Virus record (IMG/VR): IMGVR_UViG_3300048910_000190
Span: 1 to 49,157 of that record
Origin: a virus
Reading direction: 5' to 3' (one strand)
Length of the DNA: 49,157 bases
Position numbers and translations under genes: made by a program. Each line of letters opens with the position of its first letter. Within the stretch, counting starts at the first letter, position 1. Shown piece after piece: positions 16,551 to 24,152 of the stretch. The notes beneath the pieces are model-generated. The model had not been told where the DNA came from and did not search any database. It was given only the letters and a program-made list of their open reading frames with translations.

Positions 16551-16760
16551 GACGCGTCACGTCAACGCTTCTTGCGTCAAAGCGCTTCATTTTCTACAGC
16601 TTGCGACGTAATGACACTCAGTGACACCTGATGGCATGTGCCAGATGCACGGGAAGATGCACGCGCACCAGCCAGCACACGCGACGACCCGTGTGACATG
16701 GCTTAAAGGCAGGTCAAATGGCGCACCACTGACTCCCCGCGTGAACCCAGGTGATGCATC
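16542..16760. promoter_or_regulatory. immunity switch region between divergent cro and repressor
   Basis: AT-richer intergenic DNA; palindrome ACGCGTCATGACGCGT (16542-16557) over the cro start; further TGAC/GTCA half-sites. Confidence 0.6.
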
Positions 16761-17297
16761 ATGTGGAACATGGAGCAGCTAGATTGGACCCGCCTCGGCG
16801 CGGCGATCGTGTCCGCGTACGAGTCCCTGGGGCTCAGCCACACGGAATTCGCCGAACTCGCCGGCGTGTCACGCAGCACGCTGCACCGCCTGGAGCGCGG
16901 CCTCGGCGGGACACCCAGTGACAGCACCCTCGCCAAGGTGGAACGCGCCGTGGGCTGGGAGCATGGGGCCGCCCGGGCGGTGGCCGCCGGAGGTGCCGCA
17001 CCATCCGCCACCGGCCCGCGCGTGGTCGCCTTCAGCAAGCCCGAGGCGTTGAGCGAACCGAGTGTCCTCGACCAGCTCCCGGTGCAGGTGCGCGAGGAAC
17101 TCCGGCAGAGCGGCACGCTCCTCGGCGCCGATGTCGTGGATCTCGGGCCCGACGGCTCCGGCGCACGGATGATCATCGTGGCGACGCGTGATGCCTCTGG
17201 CGCCGAGCTGGACCCCGAGGTACTGCGGGCGACCCTGGTGGAGTGGCAGCGCAAGCGCCGCGAATTGTGGCGTCAGGGCGACGCCCCGCCAGTCTGA
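16761..17297 (+). CDS. XRE-family immunity repressor (CI-like)
   Basis: LGLSHTEFAELAGVSRSTLHRLERG HTH; divergent from cro and upstream of the integrase. Confidence 0.8.
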   Translation: MWNMEQLDWTRLGAAIVSAYESLGLSHTEFAELAGVSRSTLHRLERGLGGTPSDSTLAKVERAVGWEHGAARAVAAGGAAPSATGPRVVAFSKPEALSEPSVLDQLPVQVREELRQSGTLLGADVVDLGPDGSGARMIIVATRDASGAELDPEVLRATLVEWQRKRRELWRQGDAPPV

Positions 17298-17434
17298 CCA
17301 ACAGTCAGATTGTCCTGGTCATAACACTCTTGTCAGTAGTTGAACATTTTTCATACGAGTCGCCCCCAAACGAGTGACACCCCTGTTGAATCTGTGATTC
17401 CATCTCCTGCATACGTCGGCGGGCAATCCCGATC

Positions 17435-17611
17435 ATGGGGGTCGATGTGCAAGACCATGCTGTGCCCGCGCTCCCGCCGGGCTTCCTGGCGGTGGTGTCC
17501 ATTCCTGCGAACAGGGAGGATGGCCTGATCTACACCGAGGTGTCAGAGGAGCGTCCTACCTTCGTACCCGAGCTCCTCCGGGCGCTTTCGGTCCTGTCTC
17601 CCTCCATGTAG
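17435..17611 (+). CDS. possible small hypothetical protein (58 aa)
   Basis: Not in the ORF track; MGVDVQDHAVPALPPGFLAVVSIP...SPSM fills the repressor-integrase gap. Confidence 0.35.
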   Translation: MGVDVQDHAVPALPPGFLAVVSIPANREDGLIYTEVSEERPTFVPELLRALSVLSPSM

Positions 17612-17710
17612 CGGGCACAGCGACCTGATCCGATCCGAGCACCGGGGCGTTGGGGCGCCCCGGCGTGCGGCCCACCACCACGCACGCACGGACATGAATC
17701 GGAGTCAGCC

Positions 17711-19045
17711 ATGGCTCACGCTGAAAAGCGCGGAAAGAATTGGCGCGTACGGTACAAGCTGCCCAATGGGGAATTCGGCAGCGAAAGCGGATTCGCCACC
17801 AAGTCCGCCGCACTGAAACGCGGCAACGACCTCGAAGCTGACCTCCGGCACGGCCGATTCGTCGACCCGCGCAAAGCCCGCACCCCCTTCGGCGAGTGGG
17901 CACAGACCTGGATGTCCGCCCAGAACGTCGCCCCCAGCACCGTCGCGAAGCGCCGACGCCTGCTGTCGCGGCATCTGCTGCCCGAGTGGGAGAGCACCCC
18001 GCTCTGCGACATCAACCTGTTCACCGCCAAGGCCTGGGGCGCCAAGCAGACCTGCTCCCCCACCACCGTCGGGCACGCCCTCACCCTGCTCAGCATGATT
18101 CTCACGGGCGCCGCCGACGCCGGGCTCCTGCTCGCCAATCCGATGTTCGGCCGCACCAGGAAGACCGGACAGGCAGCGCACGCTGCAGCACGCAACGCGG
18201 CGAAGGCAGCTGTCGCCTGGGCCCAGCCCGACGAGGCGCACCGGATCGGGGAGCGTCTCAACGGTGTCGCGCGGCTGATGGTTCTCACCACCGCCTGGAC
18301 CGGCCTGCGATGGGGCGAACTCGCCGGCCTGCACCGGGACAACTGCCTCCTCCTTCGGCGCGACCGCGTCGACGGCAAGACCTTCGTCCGGCACGTCATC
18401 CGGATCGACCCGGAGGTCGGCGCGCTCCACGAGGTGGAGTTCGAGCTGACCGAGGAGGAGCGGGCCGCGTGGCGTGAGGCGGAGGATGCGCGGATCGCTA
18501 CGGCCGTCGCGGCCGGGAAGTCGCCGCGGCGACGCAAGGACCCGGAGCACCGGGTCGAGCTGTACCTCGGGCCGCCGAAGAACGGGACCTCGGCGCGCGA
18601 GGTGGACGTGCCGCCGTTCCTCGCCGACCTGCTGGCCGCTCACCTTGCGGCCTGGCCGCACCAGTACGTGTTCTCCACGCCGACGGACGGCACGTTCTGG
18701 CGCCGGGGGAACTTCGGGCGCCAGCAGCTGCGGCCGGCCGCCGACGGGCGTCCGGCGATCGAGCGCAAGCGGGGCCATGCCGGGCGTCACGCGTGGGAGC
18801 CGATCCTGCCGGGTGTGACGATGAGGTGGCTGCGGCACACGCACGACACGTGGATGAAGGAGGACCGGATCGACCGGGCGCTGCGGTACCAGCGGATGGG
18901 CTGGGCCGTGCGGGACATCGAGGGTGTGTATGAGCATGTGACTCCGCAGATGCGCCGGGAGCTGCTTGACGCCCTGGAGGCGCGTTGGCAGCGGGCGTGC
19001 GGTGCGGGGGCCGGGGTGACGGTACTGCGGCCCACTGGGAGTTGA
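17711..19045 (+). CDS. int: tyrosine integrase
   Basis: N-terminal arm domain; TGLRWGELAGL (R), PPKN (K), WLRHT (R), MGW (H/W), VYEH (Y); adjacent attP. Confidence 0.95.
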   Translation: MAHAEKRGKNWRVRYKLPNGEFGSESGFATKSAALKRGNDLEADLRHGRFVDPRKARTPFGEWAQTWMSAQNVAPSTVAKRRRLLSRHLLPEWESTPLCDINLFTAKAWGAKQTCSPTTVGHALTLLSMILTGAADAGLLLANPMFGRTRKTGQAAHAAARNAAKAAVAWAQPDEAHRIGERLNGVARLMVLTTAWTGLRWGELAGLHRDNCLLLRRDRVDGKTFVRHVIRIDPEVGALHEVEFELTEEERAAWREAEDARIATAVAAGKSPRRRKDPEHRVELYLGPPKNGTSAREVDVPPFLADLLAAHLAAWPHQYVFSTPTDGTFWRRGNFGRQQLRPAADGRPAIERKRGHAGRHAWEPILPGVTMRWLRHTHDTWMKEDRIDRALRYQRMGWAVRDIEGVYEHVTPQMRRELLDALEARWQRACGAGAGVTVLRPTGS

Positions 19046-19077
19046 TCTCCCAAATTTCGCCCAAGGTGGCATGAAGA

Positions 19078-19105
19078 AGCCCCGGACCGATCTTGGTCCG
19101 GGGCT
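19078..19105. terminator. stem-loop terminator between int and the attP tRNA fragment
   Basis: AGCCCCGGACC-GATCTT-GGTCCGGGGCT, 11-bp stem. Confidence 0.75.
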
Positions 19106-19122
19106 CTCTTGCTGGTCAAGCG

Positions 19123-19172
19123 TGGTGGGCGCAGACGGGATCGAACCGCCGACATCCGCTTTGTAAGAGCAG
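19123..19172 (-). mobile_element. attP core: 3' half of tRNA-Val(TAC)
   Basis: Reverse complement CTGCT-CTTACAA-AGCGG-ATGTC-GGCGG-TTCGATC-CCGTC-TGCGCCC-ACCA gives anticodon arm (TAC), T arm, acceptor 3' strand and CCA; no D arm or 5' acceptor strand. Confidence 0.9.
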
Positions 19173-19429
19173 TGTCGGATGCTCTCTGACCAGGGCTTTC
19201 TTGCCTTCGTCGCAGGTCAGAGCATGGGTGGATGCGGAAGCTGCGGAACGTATCGCAAGGTGTAGCAGGCAAGCATTCAAGATCATCACCCACTCACCAC
19301 CCATCACCCCCAGGAACTGGAGAGGCACCCGAGGGCCGGATCGGCGGGCAGCGGGACCACCCTCGGGTGCCACCGGACAGGAGTGCGGACTCCCGCCCGT
19401 TCGGAGCAACGCACCACCAGAACGGCACG

Positions 19430-19445
19430 TCGAACATGTGAGCGA
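19430..19445. promoter_or_regulatory. putative LexA (SOS) box overlapping a leaderless start
   Basis: TCGAAC-ATGT-GAGCGA versus actinobacterial TCGAAC-N4-GTTCGA (2 mismatches); on the minus strand TACATT-7nt-ATG(19437). Confidence 0.45.
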
Positions 19446-19581
19446 ATGTACAGGTAGGGGAGTGCCCTGCCGTGGATGTTGGGGCACCCACGGCAGGGAC
19501 GTCTAAGGGGAGGTACCCAGTCTCGCCCGAATTACCCGATCAGGTAAAGACACCTGCTCCACTGTCGCCCAGCGTGGACGG

Positions 19582-19821
19582 GTGTCAAGCGATGATCTTC
19601 CGGACTGGGTACGACAGCAACGATGGGAGATCGGCGCGCGCCTACGACGCCTACGCCTCGCGCAGAGCCTGTCCCAGGTAGACCTCGCCAACCGCGCCGG
19701 CCTCGACCACAAGACCGTCAGCCGACTGGAGAACGGAACCTACAACGTCGGCGTCGACTACCTCACGCGCATCGCACGGGCCCTGAATGTCGAGACCTGG
19801 CAGCTGTTCAAGGACGGGTGA
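19582..19821 (+). CDS. small XRE-family HTH protein
   Basis: IGARLRRLRLAQSLSQVDLANRAGLDHKTVSRLENG; probably leaderless (CAGCGT-6nt-GTG). Confidence 0.85.
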   Translation: MSSDDLPDWVRQQRWEIGARLRRLRLAQSLSQVDLANRAGLDHKTVSRLENGTYNVGVDYLTRIARALNVETWQLFKDG

Positions 19822-19944
19822 CGTGCAACCGAGGTGCTGGTCGATGGCCTGGTCCCGGTCGGCAATCATCCACCGGTACCGGCCGCGGCCGTAGGCCCCG
19901 CAGTGGATGCAGTAGCCCCACGTCAGGTCAGCCAGATCGCTCAC
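19651..19944 (-). CDS. small Zn-binding hypothetical protein; its 3' end overlaps the XRE gene antisense
   Basis: GTGA coupling with 19941..20225; CIHC...HLGC. Confidence 0.45.
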   Translation of the reverse strand: MSDLADLTWGYCIHCGAYGRGRYRWMIADRDQAIDQHLGCTSPVLEQLPGLDIQGPCDAREVVDADVVGSVLQSADGLVVEAGAVGEVYLGQALREA

Positions 19945-20225
19945 CTGGACGCTACAGGGGTGATCCGCACAGCGTGCGACTGCCCTGCCATGACGAACGT
20001 CAGGGTCAGCTGCCCGTCGCGCTCCAGGAAGCCCTCAACCCGGTCGACGGCACCCTCGCCGAAGAACTCGCGGAATGCCTCGTACTGGTGCGACCCCAAC
20101 GGGAGTCGACGAAGCGACTCCCAGATGGCGGGGATGGCATCCTGCAAGCGCGTGAACCTGGCGGGATCGGCGATGCCCTCGATGGTCACGGTGACGGGCC
20201 GCGACACTTTCGTGATGGTGTTCAT
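19941..20225 (-). CDS. hypothetical protein
   Basis: AGGAG RBS; downstream of the operator at 20284-20314. Confidence 0.75.
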   Translation of the reverse strand: MNTITKVSRPVTVTIEGIADPARFTRLQDAIPAIWESLRRLPLGSHQYEAFREFFGEGAVDRVEGFLERDGQLTLTFVMAGQSHAVRITPVASR

Positions 20226-20283
20226 GCTGGTCTCCTGGCTGGTCCCGTAGTGGGCAGATGACCATGCTGGCAGTGGACATGCC

Positions 20284-20314
20284 GCTGCCCGTGTACACCG
20301 TGTACACGGGCAGC
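20284..20314. promoter_or_regulatory. perfect 15-bp inverted repeat (operator and/or terminator)
   Basis: GCTGCCCGTGTACAC-C-GTGTACACGGGCAGC; each half contains the palindrome GTGTACAC. Confidence 0.75.
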
Positions 20315-20320
20315 AGGTTT

Positions 20321-21517
20321 TCAGATCGCGATGTGCAGCCGCCTGGCAGTCTCCGCGATAGGACCGACCGTCCGAGCCCGGCGAGCCGCCGTCAGGACCA
20401 TCTCCTGCACCAGCGGATGAGCCCTCGCCCCCTCCGGAGAGAGCCGGTCCGCCTCGGTGATCTCCCGCATCGCTGCCGCATCGTCACCGTCTCGCGTGAA
20501 CGCCCGAGCGCGGTCGATCCGGTGACGGGCCCGGCGCTCCCGGGGCATCCCGGCGAGGCTCACCCCGGCAACCCGCTCCAGTGCCTCGACACCCTCGCCG
20601 AGCTCCAGCGCCACATGCACGACGTGGATCGCCTGGTTCCCCTCCGAGAACTCGGTCTGATAGGCGCCCCCCGTCTGGTCGCGGTCAGCAGCTGATGCCG
20701 CCTCGGCGAGATGGGTGGCAGCGTCAGCCGATCGGCCGCGCTGGCTGGCCGTCACCGCCTTCACGAGGTGCAGGGTGCCCCACAGGCTCCACTGCCCCGT
20801 ATCGTCGTCGGCGCTGAGCAGGCCATCGAGGCGGTCGAGCCCGATGTCGAGGAGGGCCTCGGCCTCACCCCGGGCGCCAGCCGTCATGCAGACCTCGGCC
20901 TGCGTCCATTCCATCGCGGTGATCAGCAGAGGGTCGCCTGAGAGCTGGGCGGCCTGTACCGCCTGCCCGGATGCGAGAGCCGCGAGGTCGACGTACCCGA
21001 GCTTCTTGGCCATCATCGCCGCGTTGTGCCGGGACTCCGCGAGCAGATGGTGGGCTGCTGGCCGGTCGGCTTCGCCTATCGCGGCAGCGGTCGCAGCGGT
21101 GTCCGTCAGGAGCTCGGGCAGCAGGGTGGCGAGTTGCGTGTAGTGGCCGTGGCGCCGGAGCGCGTTGGAGTCGGTGACGCGGCGTCGCAGTTCGTCGAGC
21201 GGCAACGGCACCGCACCGACGGCGGGCAGCATCGCGTGCAGCAGAGTGCGACGAACCGCCGGGATAAGGAGGTGCGCGCCCTGGGTGGTCGGGTCGCCGA
21301 GCGCACGAGGACGGCCGAGGAGATCGGTGTAGTCGATCTGGAGCGCGTCGGCGATGGCCTGGATGACGGTGAAGGAGTCGAGGCGGCGCCGCCCGAGCTC
21401 GACGGAGGTCACCCATTCGCGGCTCATGCCGAGCGCGCCGGCGAGGTCCTCCCGGGACCAGCCGCGGCTGATTCGGGCCTGCTGGAGCCGCTGGCCGATG
21501 GTCTGTTGAGCTTCCAC
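20321..21517 (-). CDS. XRE-family HTH regulator with large all-helical (TPR-like) C-terminal domain
   Basis: GGAGGGG RBS, GTG 21517; IGQRLQQARISRGWSREDLAGALGMSREWVTSVELG; Ala-rich paired helices over ~300 aa. Confidence 0.85.
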   Translation of the reverse strand: MEAQQTIGQRLQQARISRGWSREDLAGALGMSREWVTSVELGRRRLDSFTVIQAIADALQIDYTDLLGRPRALGDPTTQGAHLLIPAVRRTLLHAMLPAVGAVPLPLDELRRRVTDSNALRRHGHYTQLATLLPELLTDTAATAAAIGEADRPAAHHLLAESRHNAAMMAKKLGYVDLAALASGQAVQAAQLSGDPLLITAMEWTQAEVCMTAGARGEAEALLDIGLDRLDGLLSADDDTGQWSLWGTLHLVKAVTASQRGRSADAATHLAEAASAADRDQTGGAYQTEFSEGNQAIHVVHVALELGEGVEALERVAGVSLAGMPRERRARHRIDRARAFTRDGDDAAAMREITEADRLSPEGARAHPLVQEMVLTAARRARTVGPIAETARRLHIAI

Positions 21518-21580
21518 GTCGTCCCCTCCGGGGTCTCTAGTGTGGTGCGTCAACGCTAGGTGGGGCCCGATTCGGCTCCA

Positions 21581-21596
21581 TGTACACGGTGTACAC
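21581..21596. promoter_or_regulatory. second copy of the GTGTACACCGTGTACA operator
   Basis: TGTACACGGTGTACAC is the exact reverse complement of the 16-mer at 20291-20306. Confidence 0.75.
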
Positions 21597-21683
21597 GCTA
21601 CGGGGTGGCGGGAGTAGTTCGATAGTGGCCGCGCGCCCCACTCGGGGCGCTACCGTAGTCACACGGACACGGAGGGGTTCACC

Positions 21684-21845
21684 ATGCCGCAGATCGTCAC
21701 CTGCCCCGCCTGCGGAGGCGCCAGGGGTACCGAGAAGGTCCAGCACACGGTGGAGACGGACTCGCAGGGCAATCAGACGCCAAAGACCTACACGACGTGG
21801 TCGCCGTGCTCCTTCTGCAGCGGCTCGGGAACGGTGGTGCAATGA
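21684..21845 (+). CDS. 53-aa zinc-finger microprotein (DnaJ-type CxxCxGxG-like)
   Basis: Not in the ORF track; GGAGGGG RBS; MPQIVTCPACGGARGTEKVQHTVETDSQGNQTPKTYTTWSPCSFCSGSGTVVQ. Confidence 0.75.
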   Translation: MPQIVTCPACGGARGTEKVQHTVETDSQGNQTPKTYTTWSPCSFCSGSGTVVQ

Positions 21846-22159
21846 GGCTGATCTTCGCCTGTCAAGAGTGCAGGACTCACTACTTGCCGCCCGCGGGGCT
21901 GCGATACGCCGACGGTGGCCGCGCGAGCGCCGTCTGGTGCTCGACGTGCCAGGCAACTAACGCAGCTCAAGGCGTCGAGGAGGACCCGGCGATGGCCGCC
22001 ATCGCCCTCCTGGCCGCCACCCATGCGATGACGGCCGCCCTCACGGCCCGGGTACGCGTGACCGGTGGGGCTCCATCAACCGACCGGCGCCCGTCCCGCC
22101 CCGCCCAGACGGCGCGCGGCCAGAAGCGCCCGACCGGCCAGCGCAGCAAGTTGCGTTGA
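21842..22159 (+). CDS. small Zn-ribbon protein with hydrophobic segment and basic tail
   Basis: ATGA coupling at 21842; CQEC...CSTC; MAAIALLAATHAMTAAL. Confidence 0.6.
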   Translation: MRLIFACQECRTHYLPPAGLRYADGGRASAVWCSTCQATNAAQGVEEDPAMAAIALLAATHAMTAALTARVRVTGGAPSTDRRPSRPAQTARGQKRPTGQRSKLR

Positions 22160-22174
22160 CCCCGGGCACGACGA

Positions 22175-22210
22175 AGCGCCCTCGCTCTCCCGGAGGCGAG
22201 CGGGGGCGCT
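22175..22210. terminator. stem-loop between convergent accessory and lysis genes
   Basis: AGCGCCCTCGCTC...GAGCGGGGGCGCT. Confidence 0.65.
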
Positions 22211-22211
22211 G

Positions 22212-22577
22212 TCACACATCGAGGCCTTGCAGGAAGGGGCGGACGTCCTCAGGGACCGGCACCGGCGGCGGTGGCGGCTCCAGCCCGGACGCCCGTATGA
22301 AACCCACCATGCTGCGGACCCAGCCCGCCAGGTAGCGGGTCGAGTACTCCTGGCTGGCAAGACGTGCCTTCTGCTGGACGCTGTCGAGCTCCTGCTTCTC
22401 AAGGCGCTTGCCCAGCCGCTCAAGCTCCTTCTCCATACGGGTAGTGACGACCCGGAAGTCATCGCGTCTCTCCTGCCGCAGAGACCTGCGGCCAGCGCGC
22501 GCGGTGTAGACGACGCCCCCAGCAGTGAAGACGCTGACGCCGATGGCAGACACAGCGGCCCAGGAATCAGTGCCCAT
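22212..22577 (-). CDS. lysis-cassette membrane protein (N-terminal TM plus coiled coil)
   Basis: GGAGG RBS, ATG 22577; TM AAVSAIGVSVFTAGGVVY; Pro-rich C-terminus. Confidence 0.75.
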   Translation of the reverse strand: MGTDSWAAVSAIGVSVFTAGGVVYTARAGRRSLRQERRDDFRVVTTRMEKELERLGKRLEKQELDSVQQKARLASQEYSTRYLAGWVRSMVGFIRASGLEPPPPPVPVPEDVRPFLQGLDV

Positions 22578-22992
22578 CGGCGCCTCCAGGATGCTCAGGT
22601 TCGGGCCACTCGGCCACGATGGCCGCGACCCCGCAGAAAGCCCCCCACACCACTGCGCCAGCCCAGCCGCGCGGATTCCCATACAGCCACCACGATGCGA
22701 GCGAGCCGAGCGCCCACGGGGCGGCAGCAAGGTAGATGGCCGGGTAACCCAGCCAGTCCCGACCGGCCGGCCGCCACGCGGAGACGACCGCGGTCACGCC
22801 CGTGGCAATCCACACCCACGCCCATGCGTGCAGCGGCATCAGGTCGAGCAGCAACCTGATGCCGCGGGTGTCAGCGGGAGGCTGCACGAGAAGCGAGTAG
22901 CCGTAGACGAGCGCCATGATCCCCTTGAGGGAGAGCACGGCGCCGCGGCGGCCCACCCGGCGCGCGGCCCGGTGGACCGCCGCGCGGATCAC
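22567..22992 (-). CDS. multi-pass membrane protein (holin-associated)
   Basis: About four hydrophobic segments; coupled to the holin stop. Confidence 0.75.
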   Translation of the reverse strand: MIRAAVHRAARRVGRRGAVLSLKGIMALVYGYSLLVQPPADTRGIRLLLDLMPLHAWAWVWIATGVTAVVSAWRPAGRDWLGYPAIYLAAAPWALGSLASWWLYGNPRGWAGAVVWGAFCGVAAIVAEWPEPEHPGGADGH

Positions 22993-23237
22993 AGTGTCTG
23001 AGTGGTGCTCGGCGACGAAGCGGCGGCAGGCAGCATGGCCGCCGAGGTCGGGTCGCCAACGAACCCGGCGAGGACGCCCTTGATGACCGTCAGCGCCGCC
23101 GGGATCGCGGCGATCGCCGCGGCCTTCAGCGCGCCCAGCGACGTCAGGTCGAACCCGGACGCGAGCAGCAGTCCCAGGAACGTGGTCGCGTAGGTGGCGA
23201 CGGTGCGCTCTACGACGTCAAGCAGGAAGCGATTCAT
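22989..23237 (-). CDS. holin (r1t-like)
   Basis: FLLDVVERTVATYATTFLGLL...AAIAAIPAALTVIKG, two TM segments; directly after the endolysin. Confidence 0.8.
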   Translation of the reverse strand: MNRFLLDVVERTVATYATTFLGLLLASGFDLTSLGALKAAAIAAIPAALTVIKGVLAGFVGDPTSAAMLPAAASSPSTTQTL

Positions 23238-23247
23238 GCTGATCTCC

Positions 23248-24120
23248 TCAGGTGAGGTTGTCGGTGCGGAAAGCGGTGGCCCAGGTCTGCGGCCCGACGA
23301 TGCCGTCTGCGGCAAGGCCCTTCTCAGCCTGGAACTGGCGGCAGACGCGGTCGGACTGGGAGGTCTGCTTGATCGGGTCACCGAAGCAGCCATCGACGGT
23401 GATGGACCAGCCACGGTCACGCATGCGCTGCTGCCACTGGCGGACATCGGCGCCCGTCATGTAGTTGCGCAGGTACCGTCCCGGCCAGGGTGCCCCGGAC
23501 GGGGCAGGGGTGGGCTTCGGGGGCGTCGGGGTCGGGCCGACGGCGAACAGCGGCGGCATCGGGCCCGGGTCGGTGTGGTCGTTCTCCGGGATCTGGCTGT
23601 GCCCGTAGTGGCCGGGCTGCGAGTCCCAGACGGCGGCGTTGCGGTGCGAGTTCCAGTCCGGGGCGCCCATGGGCCACACGTCGGGGACGCCCCAGGAGCG
23701 GAGCCACGCCATGATCCGGTCGAGGCCGACGAGCGGAGTGTCGGCGACGGTCGCGTACGTCTTGCCGCCCACCTGGCAGTACGGGAAGAACAAGATTTCG
23801 ATCTGGATGCAGACGTTGCCCTTGCGGTTGGTCTCGACGCCGCCGGGCGCATTGATGACGCTCTTGGAGCGGGAGGTGGCGGAGAAGAACTGAGCGATGC
23901 GGCCAGTGAACGGGTCCCAGGTGAGGTGCGGTGCCACCCCGGTGCCGCCGCTCGCGAAGTAGGCCACCTCGTTGTCGAAGGAGACCAGGGGCGCGGGTGC
24001 GGCGGCGGTGGCGTTCTTGTCCCAGGTGATGTGCCAGATGACGCGCGAACCGCCGTCGCCGGTCATGGGGGCGTCGTCGAGGAGGCGGAGCTCGGCTCCG
24101 GGGATGTGCTGGTCGGCCAT
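23248..24120 (-). CDS. endolysin: N-acetylmuramoyl-L-alanine amidase with peptidoglycan-binding domain
   Basis: VIWHIT...PH...IQIE...GHSQIPENDHTDPG amidase; Pro linker; DVRQWQQRM...FQAEKGLAADGIVGPQTW PG-binding domain. Confidence 0.9.
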   Translation of the reverse strand: MADQHIPGAELRLLDDAPMTGDGGSRVIWHITWDKNATAAAPAPLVSFDNEVAYFASGGTGVAPHLTWDPFTGRIAQFFSATSRSKSVINAPGGVETNRKGNVCIQIEILFFPYCQVGGKTYATVADTPLVGLDRIMAWLRSWGVPDVWPMGAPDWNSHRNAAVWDSQPGHYGHSQIPENDHTDPGPMPPLFAVGPTPTPPKPTPAPSGAPWPGRYLRNYMTGADVRQWQQRMRDRGWSITVDGCFGDPIKQTSQSDRVCRQFQAEKGLAADGIVGPQTWATAFRTDNLT

Positions 24121-24152
24121 GGGGCGCTCCTTGGGGCGTGCGTGAGATGAGG

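Noticed and set aside
17705-19072. 455-aa minus-strand ORF
   Set aside because: Antisense shadow of the integrase.
19123-19200. Full-length phage tRNA-Val gene
   Set aside because: Only the anticodon arm, T arm and 3' acceptor strand are present; upstream sequence forms neither a D arm nor the 5' acceptor strand, so it is an attP core.
20321-22159. Classical arbitrium (AimR-AimP) system
   Set aside because: No adjacent ORF has a signal peptide followed by a short mature peptide; the neighbours look like cytoplasmic Cys-motif proteins. Kept only as an architectural analogy.
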